In this document: positions 40,268-50,207 of the stretch, in pieces | Layout: the number at the start of each line of letters is the position of its first letter | Numbering within the stretch: position 1 is the stretch's first letter | Notes under the pieces: model-generated | What the model saw: only the letters and a program-made list of their open reading frames with translations | Told to the model about the DNA's origin: nothing | Database searches by the model: none | Translations under genes and position numbers: made by a program | Source: an uncultured delta proteobacterium | GTDB taxonomy: Bacteria; Desulfobacterota; Binatia; UBA9968 | Assembly: GCA_963737905.1 (NCBI GenBank) | Contig: CAVTUQ010000008.1 | Coordinates: 32,001 to 96,000 of the forward strand | Direction of reading: 5' to 3' | DNA length: 64,000 nt

Positions 40268-41290
40268 CTACTTCAATATTTCCTTAAGCTGGTTCACCAG
40301 ACGCGGGTCCATCTTGAAGAGGTTGGCGACGATTATTTCTACCTCTTCCCCGGTTAGCGGATCCGTATCCAGTTTTGATTTCTTCGCATCCGCGACGAAT
40401 TCGCTATCCTGGAGGACTTCCACGAAAGCCTTGCGCAACATCTGCACTCGATCCTTAGGCGTTCCCGGCGCTACCGCGTATAATCGGGTGACCGCGGCTG
40501 GGTCATGAGCACCGAATTTGAGTAGCTGCCGCCCGTTTTCGTTCGGCGCATAGTCGATGGCGTTCGGCACTTTGGCCAATTCTGGATGGGGCTTGGCATT
40601 CACCTGTAGGACAATCGCCACGTTGCCGGAGTCGAGTCCCTGACGCCAGATCGATTTAATGGACTCCCACTGCCAGCAGCCACCCGCGACTTCACCTGCT
40701 TCGGCGGCGAGGCGAATCTCGGCGGTTCCTTTGTAGCCGGCCACGAGCTGGATCGGTAAATTCAGAGCGGCCTGTAAAATCTTCGCCGTATTATAAGTGG
40801 TGTCCCCCGGCGCAACCCCGCCCAGCTTGACTGGAGTCTTCGAATTCTTGAGCGCGTCAAAGCTCGGAATCCCGCTTGCTTTGGTAAATGCGCACGCCAC
40901 GTTGTCCTGGGTTGGGCTGCCAAGATACTCGAATTTGCGCGCGTCGAATTCAATCCCGGGTTTGCCGATGACCTGGTTAATCACCTGATTGCCGTGAAAA
41001 TTGAGGATAGTCAGGCCGTCTGGTTTGGCGATCTTGTAAACATGATTGGCTGCCACAAGGCTGGCCGCACCTGTCATGTTTTCCACGACGACGCTCGGAT
41101 TTCCCGGAAGATGGTGGCCGAGATGGCGGCCGATCACGCGCGAATAGGTGTCAAAGCCGCCCCCCGGGGAAAAACCTACAATAAGTTTGATCGCTTTGCC
41201 CTCATAGAAAGGGGCGGCGCTGTAGACCGAGGGAACAAATATCCAGCTCAGAGCGATAACAAAATAAGCCCGTTTCAATCGTCTAAACAT
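40268..41290 (-). CDS. Tripartite tricarboxylate transporter (Bug/TctC) substrate-binding protein
   Basis: PGGGFD, VENMTGA, KPDGLTI, YKGTA, APGTP; paralogue of neighbour. Confidence 0.9.
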   Translation of the reverse strand: MFRRLKRAYFVIALSWIFVPSVYSAAPFYEGKAIKLIVGFSPGGGFDTYSRVIGRHLGHHLPGNPSVVVENMTGAASLVAANHVYKIAKPDGLTILNFHGNQVINQVIGKPGIEFDARKFEYLGSPTQDNVACAFTKASGIPSFDALKNSKTPVKLGGVAPGDTTYNTAKILQAALNLPIQLVAGYKGTAEIRLAAEAGEVAGGCWQWESIKSIWRQGLDSGNVAIVLQVNAKPHPELAKVPNAIDYAPNENGRQLLKFGAHDPAAVTRLYAVAPGTPKDRVQMLRKAFVEVLQDSEFVADAKKSKLDTDPLTGEEVEIIVANLFKMDPRLVNQLKEILK

Positions 41291-41364
41291 CTCTACGAGA
41301 TCCCCTTCCGGAAACTCAGCCGGTGTTTGTTAGATCGCTATTAACTATAAATCAAGACACGCTG

Positions 41365-42156
41365 TCAACGGTCGCTCAGCAGAAGCGCTCGCAACTCTTC
41401 TTCCCACGAACGGCTGCCGCCAGCGTCCCATTGGCAATGAAGATCACGGATTTGTCCCGATGCAGTGAACTTCGCTAGCTCTCCAAGAGCCTCGCTGAGA
41501 ATCTCTTCCTGCTTTCGGCGGTCTCCGGGGCGGCCAAAGGTGCGACCAACGGGATGATCGACAAAAACGGCCCGCGGAGGCGGGACTTTGGCCATGATAT
41601 CTAAAGCCGTTCCAATGACCAGAGTCGGGATGTCATGGCTTTCGATGAAATGGGCGATGAGACCCACGGTCTCATGGCAGAAGGGTCAATAGGGCACGAG
41701 CAGGGCAAGGTCAACGTCCGCTTGCTTCAGCTCCCCAACAATCGCCGGGGCGAGTTCGGTTTCCACTTCTTGATGCCGCCGGATACCGCCCATAAACGAA
41801 ACGTGAATGGGGGACAAGCTCCCCACGATTTGCTTTGCAGCGAGATTTGCCAAAGCGGCCATCGGGAAAACGATTTCGGGATTGTGCCGCGGCACCGGAC
41901 CAATGCGCGAATGGTGATCAATCACAATCTCGCTTGCCTCGGAATCGGACGGAATGAGCCGGTAGCTCAGGTCTTCGGCCGGCGCAAAGGGTTCCTGACG
42001 GTTGAGACGCAAAGCCGCGCTCGTCAAAAGCGCGACGCGTGACTGGTTCACTGGCTTCTTTACCGCGCACCACGACCGTTTCGATGGCGCGACCAAAACC
42101 CGAGGCGGCTTAGGAGCCGATGATTGAGCCATGATGGGTAGATATTCCAGAGCCAT
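41365..42156 (-). CDS. GrdB/PrdB-like selenoprotein B family protein (Sec at TGA 41688-41686; 263 aa)
   Basis: Two track ORFs lie in frame across one TGA, giving LLVPY-U-PFCHETVGLIAHFIE..IPT (UxxC); RVALLTSA, NPEIVFP, PPRAVFVDHPVG. Confidence 0.85.
41657..41675 (-). promoter_or_regulatory. Candidate bacterial SECIS hairpin
   Basis: ATGAGACC-GTG-GGTCTCAT, separated from the UGA by 10 nt. Confidence 0.75.
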
Positions 42157-42294
42157 GGGTGGGTTATCCTTTTTTCATGGAAAATTCGTTTGGTGGGCAC
42201 GATAGAGTCCTAATATTGTACGCGGATATCGGAAGTCAACCTTCGGGTGGGCTGAGTGCTTTGTGAATGGGGATGTGGTAAGCAAGAAACACCT

Positions 42295-42986
42295 ATGGTT
42301 GATGTCGCTGCCAACTACCATAAGATTATCGAGCGAATTGGCGAGGCAGCGCTAAGAGCCGGCCGAAATCCACAAGCAATCAAGCTTTTGGCTGCAGGAA
42401 AATCTCAAAGCATCGAGCTGATACAGGCAGCGATTGCGGTGGGAGTGAGGTCATCGGCGAGAACTACGTGCAGGAGGCGGAGAGTAAAAGGCAAGTCATT
42501 TCAGAGATCGTCGAATGGCATTTGATCGGGCACCTTCAGCGCAACAAAGCAAGGGCAGCGATTCAGATATTCGATCTGATTCAATCGCTGGACAGCGCTG
42601 CCTTAGCTATGGAACTCGAAAAAGCGGGAAGAAAGAATGGAAAGACGATTTGTACGTTTATCGAAGTCAACCTTGGCGACGAACAGTCGAAGTCAGGCAT
42701 CGGACAAGACAAAGTTGCGGAGCTTTTGAAAAGGGTGAGCGACTTATCGCATGTTAAAGTACAGGGATTGATGGCTGTTCCGCCGTTTAAAGAAAATCCC
42801 GAAGAGGTGCGTCCCTTTTTTCGCGCGTTGAAAGATCTCCAGTCGGAGCTGGAGTGCTTGACCATTCCCAATGTCAGCCTCCATGAACTGTCTATGGGAA
42901 TGACCCACGATTATCCCGTCGCCGTCGAAGAAGGCGCAACCATCGTGCGCATCGGCACCGCTCTATTTGGCCCGAGGAAGACATAG
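42295..42986 (+). CDS. yggS: PLP homeostasis protein YggS (frameshift near 42450)
   Basis: GENYVQE, WHLIGHLQRNK, QSLD, GLMAV, LSMGMTHDY, EEGATIVRIGTALFG. Confidence 0.9.
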
Positions 42987-42994
42987 AAAAGACG

Positions 42995-43294
42995 ATGTTC
43001 ATCATGGCGAATTTGCTTGTTGCCTTGGCCCAAGTTCTCGACTATATCCTGTGGGCTTACTGGTGGATTCTTTTGGGTCGAGTCGTGATTTCGTGGGTTA
43101 ACGCCGACCCCCATAATCCTATTGTCCGTTTTCTTTATGTTGCAACAGAGCCGGTGCTGGCTAGGGTACGCCGGATGTTGCCGGTTTATACAGGTGGATT
43201 CGACCTATCGCCGATTGTGGTTTGGATCGGGGTTATTTTCTTGCAGCGTTTCCTGGTTCAGTCGCTCTATGATCTTGCCCATACGCTCAGATAG
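42995..43294 (+). CDS. yggT: YggT-family membrane protein
   Basis: ISWVNADPHNP, TEPVL, GFDLSP. Confidence 0.9.
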   Translation: MFIMANLLVALAQVLDYILWAYWWILLGRVVISWVNADPHNPIVRFLYVATEPVLARVRRMLPVYTGGFDLSPIVVWIGVIFLQRFLVQSLYDLAHTLR

Positions 43295-43393
43295 GTACGG
43301 TTTCTGCAATGAAATCGTTCTATGCCGAGCGGTTGAGATGTTAAGACGGGGATGAATGACCGTCTGAAATAAATATTCAGGAGGTTTGGAAAG

Positions 43394-44812
43394 ATGAAAA
43401 TTTTTCTAGCCGGAAACTGGGTGGACAAAGCAAAAACAATCGAGGTCAAAAACCCATTCGATAACTCTGTGATCGATACCGTGCCCAGATCCGATGCCGG
43501 GGATCTGGAGAAAGCGCTGGCCTTCGCGGAGCATGGCGCCAAAGTGATGGCGAAGCTTTCAAGCTACGAGCGCTGGAAGATTTTGCGCAAGGCGGCCGAT
43601 TTGATGGCCGCACACAACGAAGAGTTGGGCCAAACCATTTCTCAAGAAGAAGGGAAAGTAATCGCCGAAGGGCGCGGTGAAGCTAGCCGGGCCGTTGAAA
43701 CCATGATGGGATCGGCCGAGGAAGCCAAGCGGATTCATGGGGAAACGGTCCCCCTGGACGCAGATCCGACCGGAAGCAAAAAGCTTGGATTTACGTTGCG
43801 CGTACCCTGCGGAGTCGTGGCGGCCATTGCGCCGTTTAATTTTCCGCTCAATTTGGTTTGTCACAAAGTCGGGCCGGCGTTGGCAGCGGGTAACACAGTA
43901 ATCGTGAAGCCGGCATCAGACACGCCGCTCTCGGCTTTGAAGCTCACCGAGATTTTGCTCGAGTCCGGACTGCCGCCGGAAGGGATTCAATGCATTACCG
44001 GCTCGGGCGGAGAAATCGGCGATGCTTTGGTCGCCGACCGTCGCGTACGTAAAGTCACGTTTACCGGCAGCCGGGAAGTCGGCGATCGGATCTGCCGCAC
44101 GGCGGGTATTAAAAAGGTGACGATGGAACTTGGCTCCAACAGCCCGGTTATTGTTATGCCCGACGCCGATCTAAACAAAGTAGCGGCCGCCATCGCGACG
44201 ACCGGATACGGAAACGCGGGCCAGACTTGTATCTCGACGCAGCGGGTGCTGACGGCTAAAAAAGTCTACAGCGATTTTCTCGGCGCGCTGAAACCCAAAG
44301 TCGAAGCGCTGACCATCGGTAATCAGCTCGATGAAAAGTCCAAAGTCGGACCCATGGTAAAGGAGAGTGAAGCCGTACGGGTCGACGACTGGATTACGGA
44401 AGCGGTGGCAGGCGGCGCGCGGATGGTCGCGGGCGGTGGTAGGCGAGGCGCGATCTATATGCCGGCCGTGGTGGCCGATGTCCATCCGGACATGCGTATC
44501 TCTCGTGATGAACTGTTCGGTCCAGCGGTGGCGGTAACGCCGTTCGATACGATTGAAGAGGCGCTCGCCCTGGCCAACGACAGCGTCTATGGACTGGCGG
44601 CCGGCATTTTCACCGAGAATGTCGAGTGGGCGATGAAGTTTGCCCGCGAGGCAGAAGCGGGCAACCTCCACGTCAATTGGGGCTCCCAGTGGCGCGTCGA
44701 TTTGATGCCTTACGGGGGTCTCAAAGACTCCGGCTTTGGAAAAGAAGGTCCGCGGTACGCAGTGGAGGAGATGACGGAACTCAAAATGGTCGTGTTTCAC
44801 TTGAATAGCTGA
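43394..44812 (+). CDS. NAD(P)-dependent aldehyde dehydrogenase
   Basis: PFNFPL, KPA, FTGS, MELGSN, GQTCIS, ELFGP, PYGGLKDSGFGKEG. Confidence 0.93.
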   Translation: MKIFLAGNWVDKAKTIEVKNPFDNSVIDTVPRSDAGDLEKALAFAEHGAKVMAKLSSYERWKILRKAADLMAAHNEELGQTISQEEGKVIAEGRGEASRAVETMMGSAEEAKRIHGETVPLDADPTGSKKLGFTLRVPCGVVAAIAPFNFPLNLVCHKVGPALAAGNTVIVKPASDTPLSALKLTEILLESGLPPEGIQCITGSGGEIGDALVADRRVRKVTFTGSREVGDRICRTAGIKKVTMELGSNSPVIVMPDADLNKVAAAIATTGYGNAGQTCISTQRVLTAKKVYSDFLGALKPKVEALTIGNQLDEKSKVGPMVKESEAVRVDDWITEAVAGGARMVAGGGRRGAIYMPAVVADVHPDMRISRDELFGPAVAVTPFDTIEEALALANDSVYGLAAGIFTENVEWAMKFAREAEAGNLHVNWGSQWRVDLMPYGGLKDSGFGKEGPRYAVEEMTELKMVVFHLNS

Positions 44813-44819
44813 CTATGTG

Positions 44820-44937
44820 CGTTCAAATCGTTCAAGTCGTTCAAAACGTTCCAATCGTCGAAGAGTCAGAACAGCTCGGAACGATCTCGGGAGGGGCAAC
44901 GACTTGAACGTCTTGGACGATTTGAACGGCTTGAACG
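44820..44937. repeat. REP-like inverted array of 9-mers
   Basis: 4x CGTTCAANN-type units then 4x NNTTGAACG-type units, forming a long imperfect hairpin. Confidence 0.75.
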
Positions 44938-44947
44938 AGACAAACGG

Positions 44948-45670
44948 ATGAGAAGCGACGGTCGAAAACCACGGCAACTTAGGCCGCTGACGATTACGCC
45001 GGGTTACTTAAAGACGGCGGACGGCTCGGTCTTGATCGAAGTGGGGGATACGAGAGTCATCTGTACGGCGAAGCTCGAAGAGCGCGTGCCGCAGTTCCTG
45101 CGCAACAGCGGCAAGGGTTGGATTACGGCTGAGTATGGCATGCTCCCGGGTTCTTCACAGGTGCGCATCGGGCGTGAAGCATCGCGCGGGAAGATCGGCG
45201 GGAGAACCCATGAGATTCAGCGGCTCATCGGTCGAAGCCTCAGGGCGATTGCTGATCTCAAGAGCCTTGGCGAAAGAACGATCTGGATTGACTGCGATGT
45301 GATACAGGCGGACGGAGGTACCCGAACGGCATCCATCACGGGTGCTTACGTTGCGCTGATGGAATCCGTGCGGCGCTGGCGCGACCGCGGAATCGTTAAT
45401 GAAGATCCGATCAAAGATTCGGTTGCAGCCGTCAGTGTGGGTATCATCGACGGCAAAATTCTTCTGGACTTGTCTTACGAGGAAGACAGCCGGGCCGATG
45501 TCGATATGAACTTCGTCATGACCGGCTCCGGCAAGTTCGTCGAAGTGCAAGGGACCGCGGAGAGCGCTCCCTTCACGCAGAAACAGATGGAGCGCATGAC
45601 GGAAATCGCTCAAGAGGGGATTCGCGAGCTGATCAAAGCGCAGAAGAAAGTTCTCACCTCCATCGCCTGA
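44948..45670 (+). CDS. rph: Ribonuclease PH
   Basis: [44 protein letters not shown]. Confidence 0.96.
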   Translation: MRSDGRKPRQLRPLTITPGYLKTADGSVLIEVGDTRVICTAKLEERVPQFLRNSGKGWITAEYGMLPGSSQVRIGREASRGKIGGRTHEIQRLIGRSLRAIADLKSLGERTIWIDCDVIQADGGTRTASITGAYVALMESVRRWRDRGIVNEDPIKDSVAAVSVGIIDGKILLDLSYEEDSRADVDMNFVMTGSGKFVEVQGTAESAPFTQKQMERMTEIAQEGIRELIKAQKKVLTSIA

Positions 45671-45683
45671 ATTATGATGAATC

Positions 45684-46343
45684 GTGACTGAGCTGCTCGT
45701 TGCTACTACGAATCGAGGGAAATTTGCCGAGGTTGAATCCTCCCTCAAATATCTTCCGCTAAAGATTCTTCCGTTGCCGAGTTTGGGAAACTTTCCCCTA
45801 GTATTTGAAGATGGCGCTACCTACGAAGAGAACGCCCTCAAGAAGGCAAGGACATTGGCGGAATATTCTGGCTATGTCACGTTGGCCGATGATTCAGGCT
45901 TGGAGGTGGATGCGCTGAACAGAGCGCCGGGCATTTATTCGGCCCGTTACAGTGGTGAGGAAGGAAACGATCAGAAAAACAATGACAAGCTTCTCGCCGT
46001 ACTCAAGCAGGTTCCAGATGAAAAACGCACCGCGCGGTTCGTTTGTGTCTTGGCGCTTTGTGGGCCGACTTCTTCGGACATGAAGGCATGGACTGTGCAC
46101 GAGTCCTGCGAAGGACGCATCGCTTTTGCTCCAAAGGGTAGTGGCGGCTTTGGCTACGATCCGCTTTTTTTGTATCCGCCCTTCGGCAAAACCTTTGGTG
46201 AGATCGATCGAGAAACCAAAGCAACGGTGAGCCATCGGGGTAAGGCGCTAAAGAAACTGGCGCAGGGTTTGCCAACCATCATGGATCTGGGACAAAACCT
46301 TGATTTCAAACCCCGCCTGTGTAGAATAACATGGTTCATCTAA
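45684..46343 (+). CDS. rdgB: dITP/XTP pyrophosphatase
   Basis: ATTNRGK, ENALKKA, ADDSGLEVDAL, GFGYDP, SHRGKAL. Confidence 0.95.
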   Translation: MTELLVATTNRGKFAEVESSLKYLPLKILPLPSLGNFPLVFEDGATYEENALKKARTLAEYSGYVTLADDSGLEVDALNRAPGIYSARYSGEEGNDQKNNDKLLAVLKQVPDEKRTARFVCVLALCGPTSSDMKAWTVHESCEGRIAFAPKGSGGFGYDPLFLYPPFGKTFGEIDRETKATVSHRGKALKKLAQGLPTIMDLGQNLDFKPRLCRITWFI

Positions 46344-46420
46344 CGGGGCGTAGCGCAGCCTGGTAGCGCACCTGCCTTGGGCGCAGGGGGTCGGAAGTTC
46401 AAATCTTCTCGCCCCGACCA
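46344..46420 (+). tRNA. tRNA-Pro(TGG)
   Basis: Cloverleaf; anticodon loop CTTGGGC; CCA end. Confidence 0.95.
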
Positions 46421-46426
46421 GATTTA

Positions 46427-46486
46427 CAGTCAGCAGTGGACAGTAACCAGTGAACAGTTGGGGCGACTGTTTTCTGTTCACTGCTA
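46427..46486. repeat. Heptamer inverted array in tRNA spacer
   Basis: CAGTCAG CAGTGGA CAGTAAC CAGTGAA CAGT ... ACTGTTT TCTGTTC ACTGCTA. Confidence 0.65.
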
Positions 46487-46497
46487 GCTTTTGAGTT

Positions 46498-46574
46498 GCG
46501 CCAGTAGCTCAGCTGGATAGAGCAACGGCCTTCTAAGCCGTAGGTCAGGGGTTCGAATCCCTTCTGGCGCGCCA
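46498..46574 (+). tRNA. tRNA-Arg(TCT)
   Basis: Anticodon loop CTTCTAA; GTTCGAATC; CCA end. Confidence 0.95.
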
Positions 46575-46592
46575 CCGTGGGTTTTTCGATGT

Positions 46593-46669
46593 GGTGAGTG
46601 TAGCTCAACGGTTAGAGCACTGGACTGTGGCTCCAGGGGTTGAGGGTTCAAATCCCTTCACTCACCCCA
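46593..46669 (+). tRNA. tRNA-His(GTG)
   Basis: Anticodon loop CTGTGGC; G-1; CCA end. Confidence 0.95.
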
Positions 46670-46682
46670 AGCTATTTCGTCT

Positions 46683-46743
46683 GAGGATAGACGATCGAAT
46701 CGACGATCACGATCTTCGATCCTCTGTATTCGATGCTCGATTT
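46683..46743. repeat. Heptamer inverted array in tRNA spacer
   Basis: GAGGATA GACGATC ... CGATCTT CGATCCT CTGTATT CGATGCT; same family as 36527-36591. Confidence 0.55.
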
Positions 46744-46750
46744 GGCGCAT

Positions 46751-46826
<76 letters not shown>

Positions 46827-46964
46827 AACATTTCAAGCAAAGACGCGTTACGTGGCACACGGGCGTTCCCGCTAAGAATCTATTGTTTAGACTAATTGGT
46901 AGTGAGATAATCTCATAACAATCCGCACCACCACGGCAAGCGCCTACCGCGGGCGGAGTCACAT

Positions 46965-47490
46965 ATGGGGCTGGATGAAGGAATGACCTACTCGATGCCC
47001 TTGGAGGTGTATCTCCAGTCAGCTGTAGTACGCGGAATCCTTGGTACGAATCAGGATCGTCTAAGCAACTATTTTATTCTTCGAGAAGGCGACGAGGTGT
47101 TTTCTCTCAAAGAGGCAATGCTGGAAAGTCGCAGACCGAAAACCGGTGGCGATAAGTGCTGACGAGTACCTTATTTATATGCAAGAAGTATTTTTGATCG
47201 CGGATCTGAGTCCGCAATTCAGGTCGGAGCGGTCGGGTCTCGAGCATCTCTACGTGAAGAAAGAGGCGAGCAAAGCGTTGTTGGGCGTCGGTCCATTCTG
47301 GCTCCGAGGAAATATCCATCTTATACCTGGGAGTGCACTCCATGAGCTTTTGATGGCAAAAACGCGCTTCATTCCAGTAACCGATGCGACGTTGATAGAT
47401 CGCTCCGACGTGGGACCCCGCACCTATCTGGTTAATCGAACCAAGATCGGTTTCATCACAGCCGTCGGCGAAGGCCTAGAAGAGTTATAA
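46965..47490 (+). CDS. Hypothetical protein with tandem DUF6812-like domains (frameshift near 47130)
   Basis: Repeated pattern RG.l....RLS...F..L.EA and RGNIHL.PG...RFIPVTDA...VNR..I. Confidence 0.6.
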
Positions 47491-47505
47491 TCATAAGGAT
47501 GAATT

Positions 47506-47823
47506 TTGGAATCGCACTATCCGACTGAAATCAACCATATTAAAGCGGACGGCCTCATCCGGATCACTTGGGAGGATGGTCACGTTGGAGCGTACGCTCA
47601 GGAGTATCTTCGCGGGTACTGCCCCTGTGCGTTGTGCCAAGGGCACGGGGTGCAAAGAAATTTTGTTTCCGTTCCCGAGGCTAGGCTACAAGAGATTCGC
47701 GCTGTCGGTAACTATGCCATCGAATTCGTCTGGCACGACGGTCATAGCACCGGAATCTACACTTACGACTACCTAAGATCTCTCTGTCCCTGTGACGGTT
47801 GTAAAGAGCGTCAACCCGATTAG
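47506..47823 (+). CDS. DUF971 / gamma-butyrobetaine hydroxylase N-terminal-like protein
   Basis: ITWEDGH, YLRGYCPCALC, VGNYAI..WHDGHSTGIYTYDYL. Confidence 0.88.
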   Translation: MESHYPTEINHIKADGLIRITWEDGHVGAYAQEYLRGYCPCALCQGHGVQRNFVSVPEARLQEIRAVGNYAIEFVWHDGHSTGIYTYDYLRSLCPCDGCKERQPD

Positions 47824-47934
47824 GCCTGATCTTTCCTCGCCTGAATCTGCTCGTCTCATGAACCTGCACTATAAGTCATGTCTGCTCGTGTGCAGAAATC
47901 CAAGCTCGCTTAGGTAATTTAGGCGGTGCAGCAC

Positions 47935-47963
47935 TTGACATAGCACAACTCCTTTTCTACTCT
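47935..47963 (+). promoter_or_regulatory. Sigma-70-type promoter of tRNA-Leu/tig
   Basis: TTGACA-N17-TACTCT. Confidence 0.6.
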
Positions 47964-48006
47964 CCTTTTTTGTTCTGAGAGGTCGACGTGTTCTTGAGTA
48001 ATTCAA

Positions 48007-48090
48007 GCGAGAGTGGCGGAACTGGCAGACGCACTAGACTTAGGATCTAGCGGGTAACCCGTGGGGGTTCGAGTCCCCCCTCTCGCACCA
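48007..48090 (+). tRNA. tRNA-Leu(TAG)
   Basis: Anticodon loop CTTAGGA; long variable arm; CCA end. Confidence 0.95.
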
Positions 48091-48219
48091 AAATCATAAA
48101 TAGTCTATGACATTAGTGGTGAGATAGAATATGAGTCGTTCAGTCACAGCCGAAGCGAGCTGGAATCCGCGGATCGAATTTGAATGCACAAGGGAGCGGG
48201 ATGCGTTTTGTGATGAGTT

Positions 48220-49545
48220 ATGAAGATAGACGTTGATGAAATAAGTCCGGTGCAGCGAAAGATCCGAGTTGAACTACCTGCGGAAGCGGTGGCCAGTGAG
48301 TTTTCCCGCGCGTACGAAGACCTCCGGCGACGAGTACGCATAAAAGGATTCCGCGCCGGCAAGGCGCCCCGGGGTGTACTGCAAGGCATCTACGGGGACG
48401 AACTTAAGGGACAGGTGCGGTCGCAGCTGGTGGAGGAATCTTTGGGGGAGGTCATCAAAGAGCGGGGGCTGCAGATCGTTTCCCGACCTGAGATTGAAGC
48501 CAATGATCTGGTCGAAGGCAGTCCTTTTTCTTTCTCAGCTGTTTTCGAAATCAAGCCGGCAATCGAAGTCAAGGACTATTTGGGTATCGAGGTCGAGAAA
48601 GTCAAACTTTTTGTTACCGATGACCAGGTCAATGAAGCGCTCCGTCGACTCCAGGAGAGTCATGCGCGGCTGGAGCCTGTTGAAAATCGCACCGTCGTCC
48701 AGCAGGGAGACTTTGTCACTTTGGATTTTGAAGGATCTATTGCGGGCAAGCCATTTCAAGGCGGAAAAGGAGAGAACTATTTTTTGGAAGTTGGTGGCGG
48801 ACAGGCATTGCCGCAATTTGAAGAAGCAGTTATAGGACTGACTCAGGGGGTGCCCACGAAACTTCAAGTCGTCTATCCGGAGAATTATTCAAATAGCGAG
48901 CTTGCTGGCAAGACCGTGGATTTTTCTGTGCTGGTACGCGAGATCAAGCAAAAGGTACTTCCGGAGCTTGACGACGATTTCGCCAAAGATCATGGCGAAT
49001 GCGGTTCTCTAGCGGAGCTAAGAACAGCCATCCAGACACGCCTGGAAAATGAGCTGAATCACATTCAACAAGAGGAACTCAAAGAGCAGATTATTGGTCG
49101 TCTTATTGAAACTAGTTCCTTTGCGCCGCCACCCACGATGGTGGAGCGACAAACCCGTTACCTCATGGAGCGCTATCAAAACCGAGGCCTCGGACAAAGC
49201 GCTTCGGGACCGCAGCCGGCGCCCTCTTTGGAAGAAACGAGAAAAACTCTCGAAGGGCGCGCTCAGCGTCAGGTTCAAGCGACCCTGTTAGTTGAAAAGA
49301 TTGCTCAGCTTGAAAATATCGAGGTCTCCGACAAAGAGGTTCAGGAAAGGGTTGAAAACCTCAGTCGGGCCGCCGGTGACAGGGCAAAAACGGTCCGCGA
49401 GGCCTACTCTAAGCCGGAGACCCGGGACGATTTGCGGGCCCAGATGGTTTTCGATCGTACACTCGGTTTTCTACTCGAACGCGCGCTCATTAAGGAGGTC
49501 GATGCGCCCGCCACAAAGGTTGATGAACAAGGTAAAAAAGGCTAA
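48220..49545 (+). CDS. tig: Trigger factor
   Basis: GFRAGKAP signature, FKBP domain, upstream of clpP. Confidence 0.95.
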   Translation: MKIDVDEISPVQRKIRVELPAEAVASEFSRAYEDLRRRVRIKGFRAGKAPRGVLQGIYGDELKGQVRSQLVEESLGEVIKERGLQIVSRPEIEANDLVEGSPFSFSAVFEIKPAIEVKDYLGIEVEKVKLFVTDDQVNEALRRLQESHARLEPVENRTVVQQGDFVTLDFEGSIAGKPFQGGKGENYFLEVGGGQALPQFEEAVIGLTQGVPTKLQVVYPENYSNSELAGKTVDFSVLVREIKQKVLPELDDDFAKDHGECGSLAELRTAIQTRLENELNHIQQEELKEQIIGRLIETSSFAPPPTMVERQTRYLMERYQNRGLGQSASGPQPAPSLEETRKTLEGRAQRQVQATLLVEKIAQLENIEVSDKEVQERVENLSRAAGDRAKTVREAYSKPETRDDLRAQMVFDRTLGFLLERALIKEVDAPATKVDEQGKKG

Positions 49546-49578
49546 AATGCTCTTTGTGGTTGAGGAGTTTCCTAAGAA

Positions 49579-50181
49579 ATGAACTTTATTCCTATTGTCG
49601 TTGAGCAGACCGGTCGCGGGGAACGCGCCTACGACATTTACTCTCGGCTACTCAAGGATCGTATCGTATTTCTCGGGTCCGTGGTCACCGATGATGTGGC
49701 GAACCTGATCACTGCGCAGTTACTCTTTCTGGAATCTGAAGATCCCGACCGAGACGTTTTCTTTTATATCAACAGCCCTGGGGGTTCGGTAACCGCAGGC
49801 CTTGCTATCTATGACACAATGCAATATGTCCGACCCCAGATCTCGACCGTTTGCGTCGGCCAAGCTGCGAGCATGGGCGCGGTACTGCTAGCCGCAGGGG
49901 CAAAGGGAAAGCGCTACTCCCTGCCCCACTCGCGCATCATGATTCACCAGCCGCTGGGTGGGTTTCAAGGCCAAGCTGCCGATATCGATATTCAGGCCCG
50001 TGAAATTCTTCGGATGCGGGAAGATTTAAACAATATCTTGATGAAGCACACGGGGCAAAGTCTAAAAAAAATTGAAAAGGACACGGATCGTGATCTTTTT
50101 CTGAATGGCAAGCAAGCCCAGGAATACGGGTTGGTGGATGAAGTTATCGCCACGCGACCGGAAAGCAGCCTCAAGAAGTGA
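49579..50181 (+). CDS. clpP: ATP-dependent Clp protease proteolytic subunit
   Basis: [29 protein letters not shown]. Confidence 0.97.
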   Translation: MNFIPIVVEQTGRGERAYDIYSRLLKDRIVFLGSVVTDDVANLITAQLLFLESEDPDRDVFFYINSPGGSVTAGLAIYDTMQYVRPQISTVCVGQAASMGAVLLAAGAKGKRYSLPHSRIMIHQPLGGFQGQAADIDIQAREILRMREDLNNILMKHTGQSLKKIEKDTDRDLFLNGKQAQEYGLVDEVIATRPESSLKK

Positions 50182-50207
50182 GGGAACTTTAGTGAAGCGG
50201 GGGTTCT

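Noticed and set aside
44820-44937. CRISPR array or LexA (GTTC-N7-GTTC) boxes
   Set aside because: Units are 9 bp with no unique spacers and no cas genes; GTTC spacing is N5, not N7
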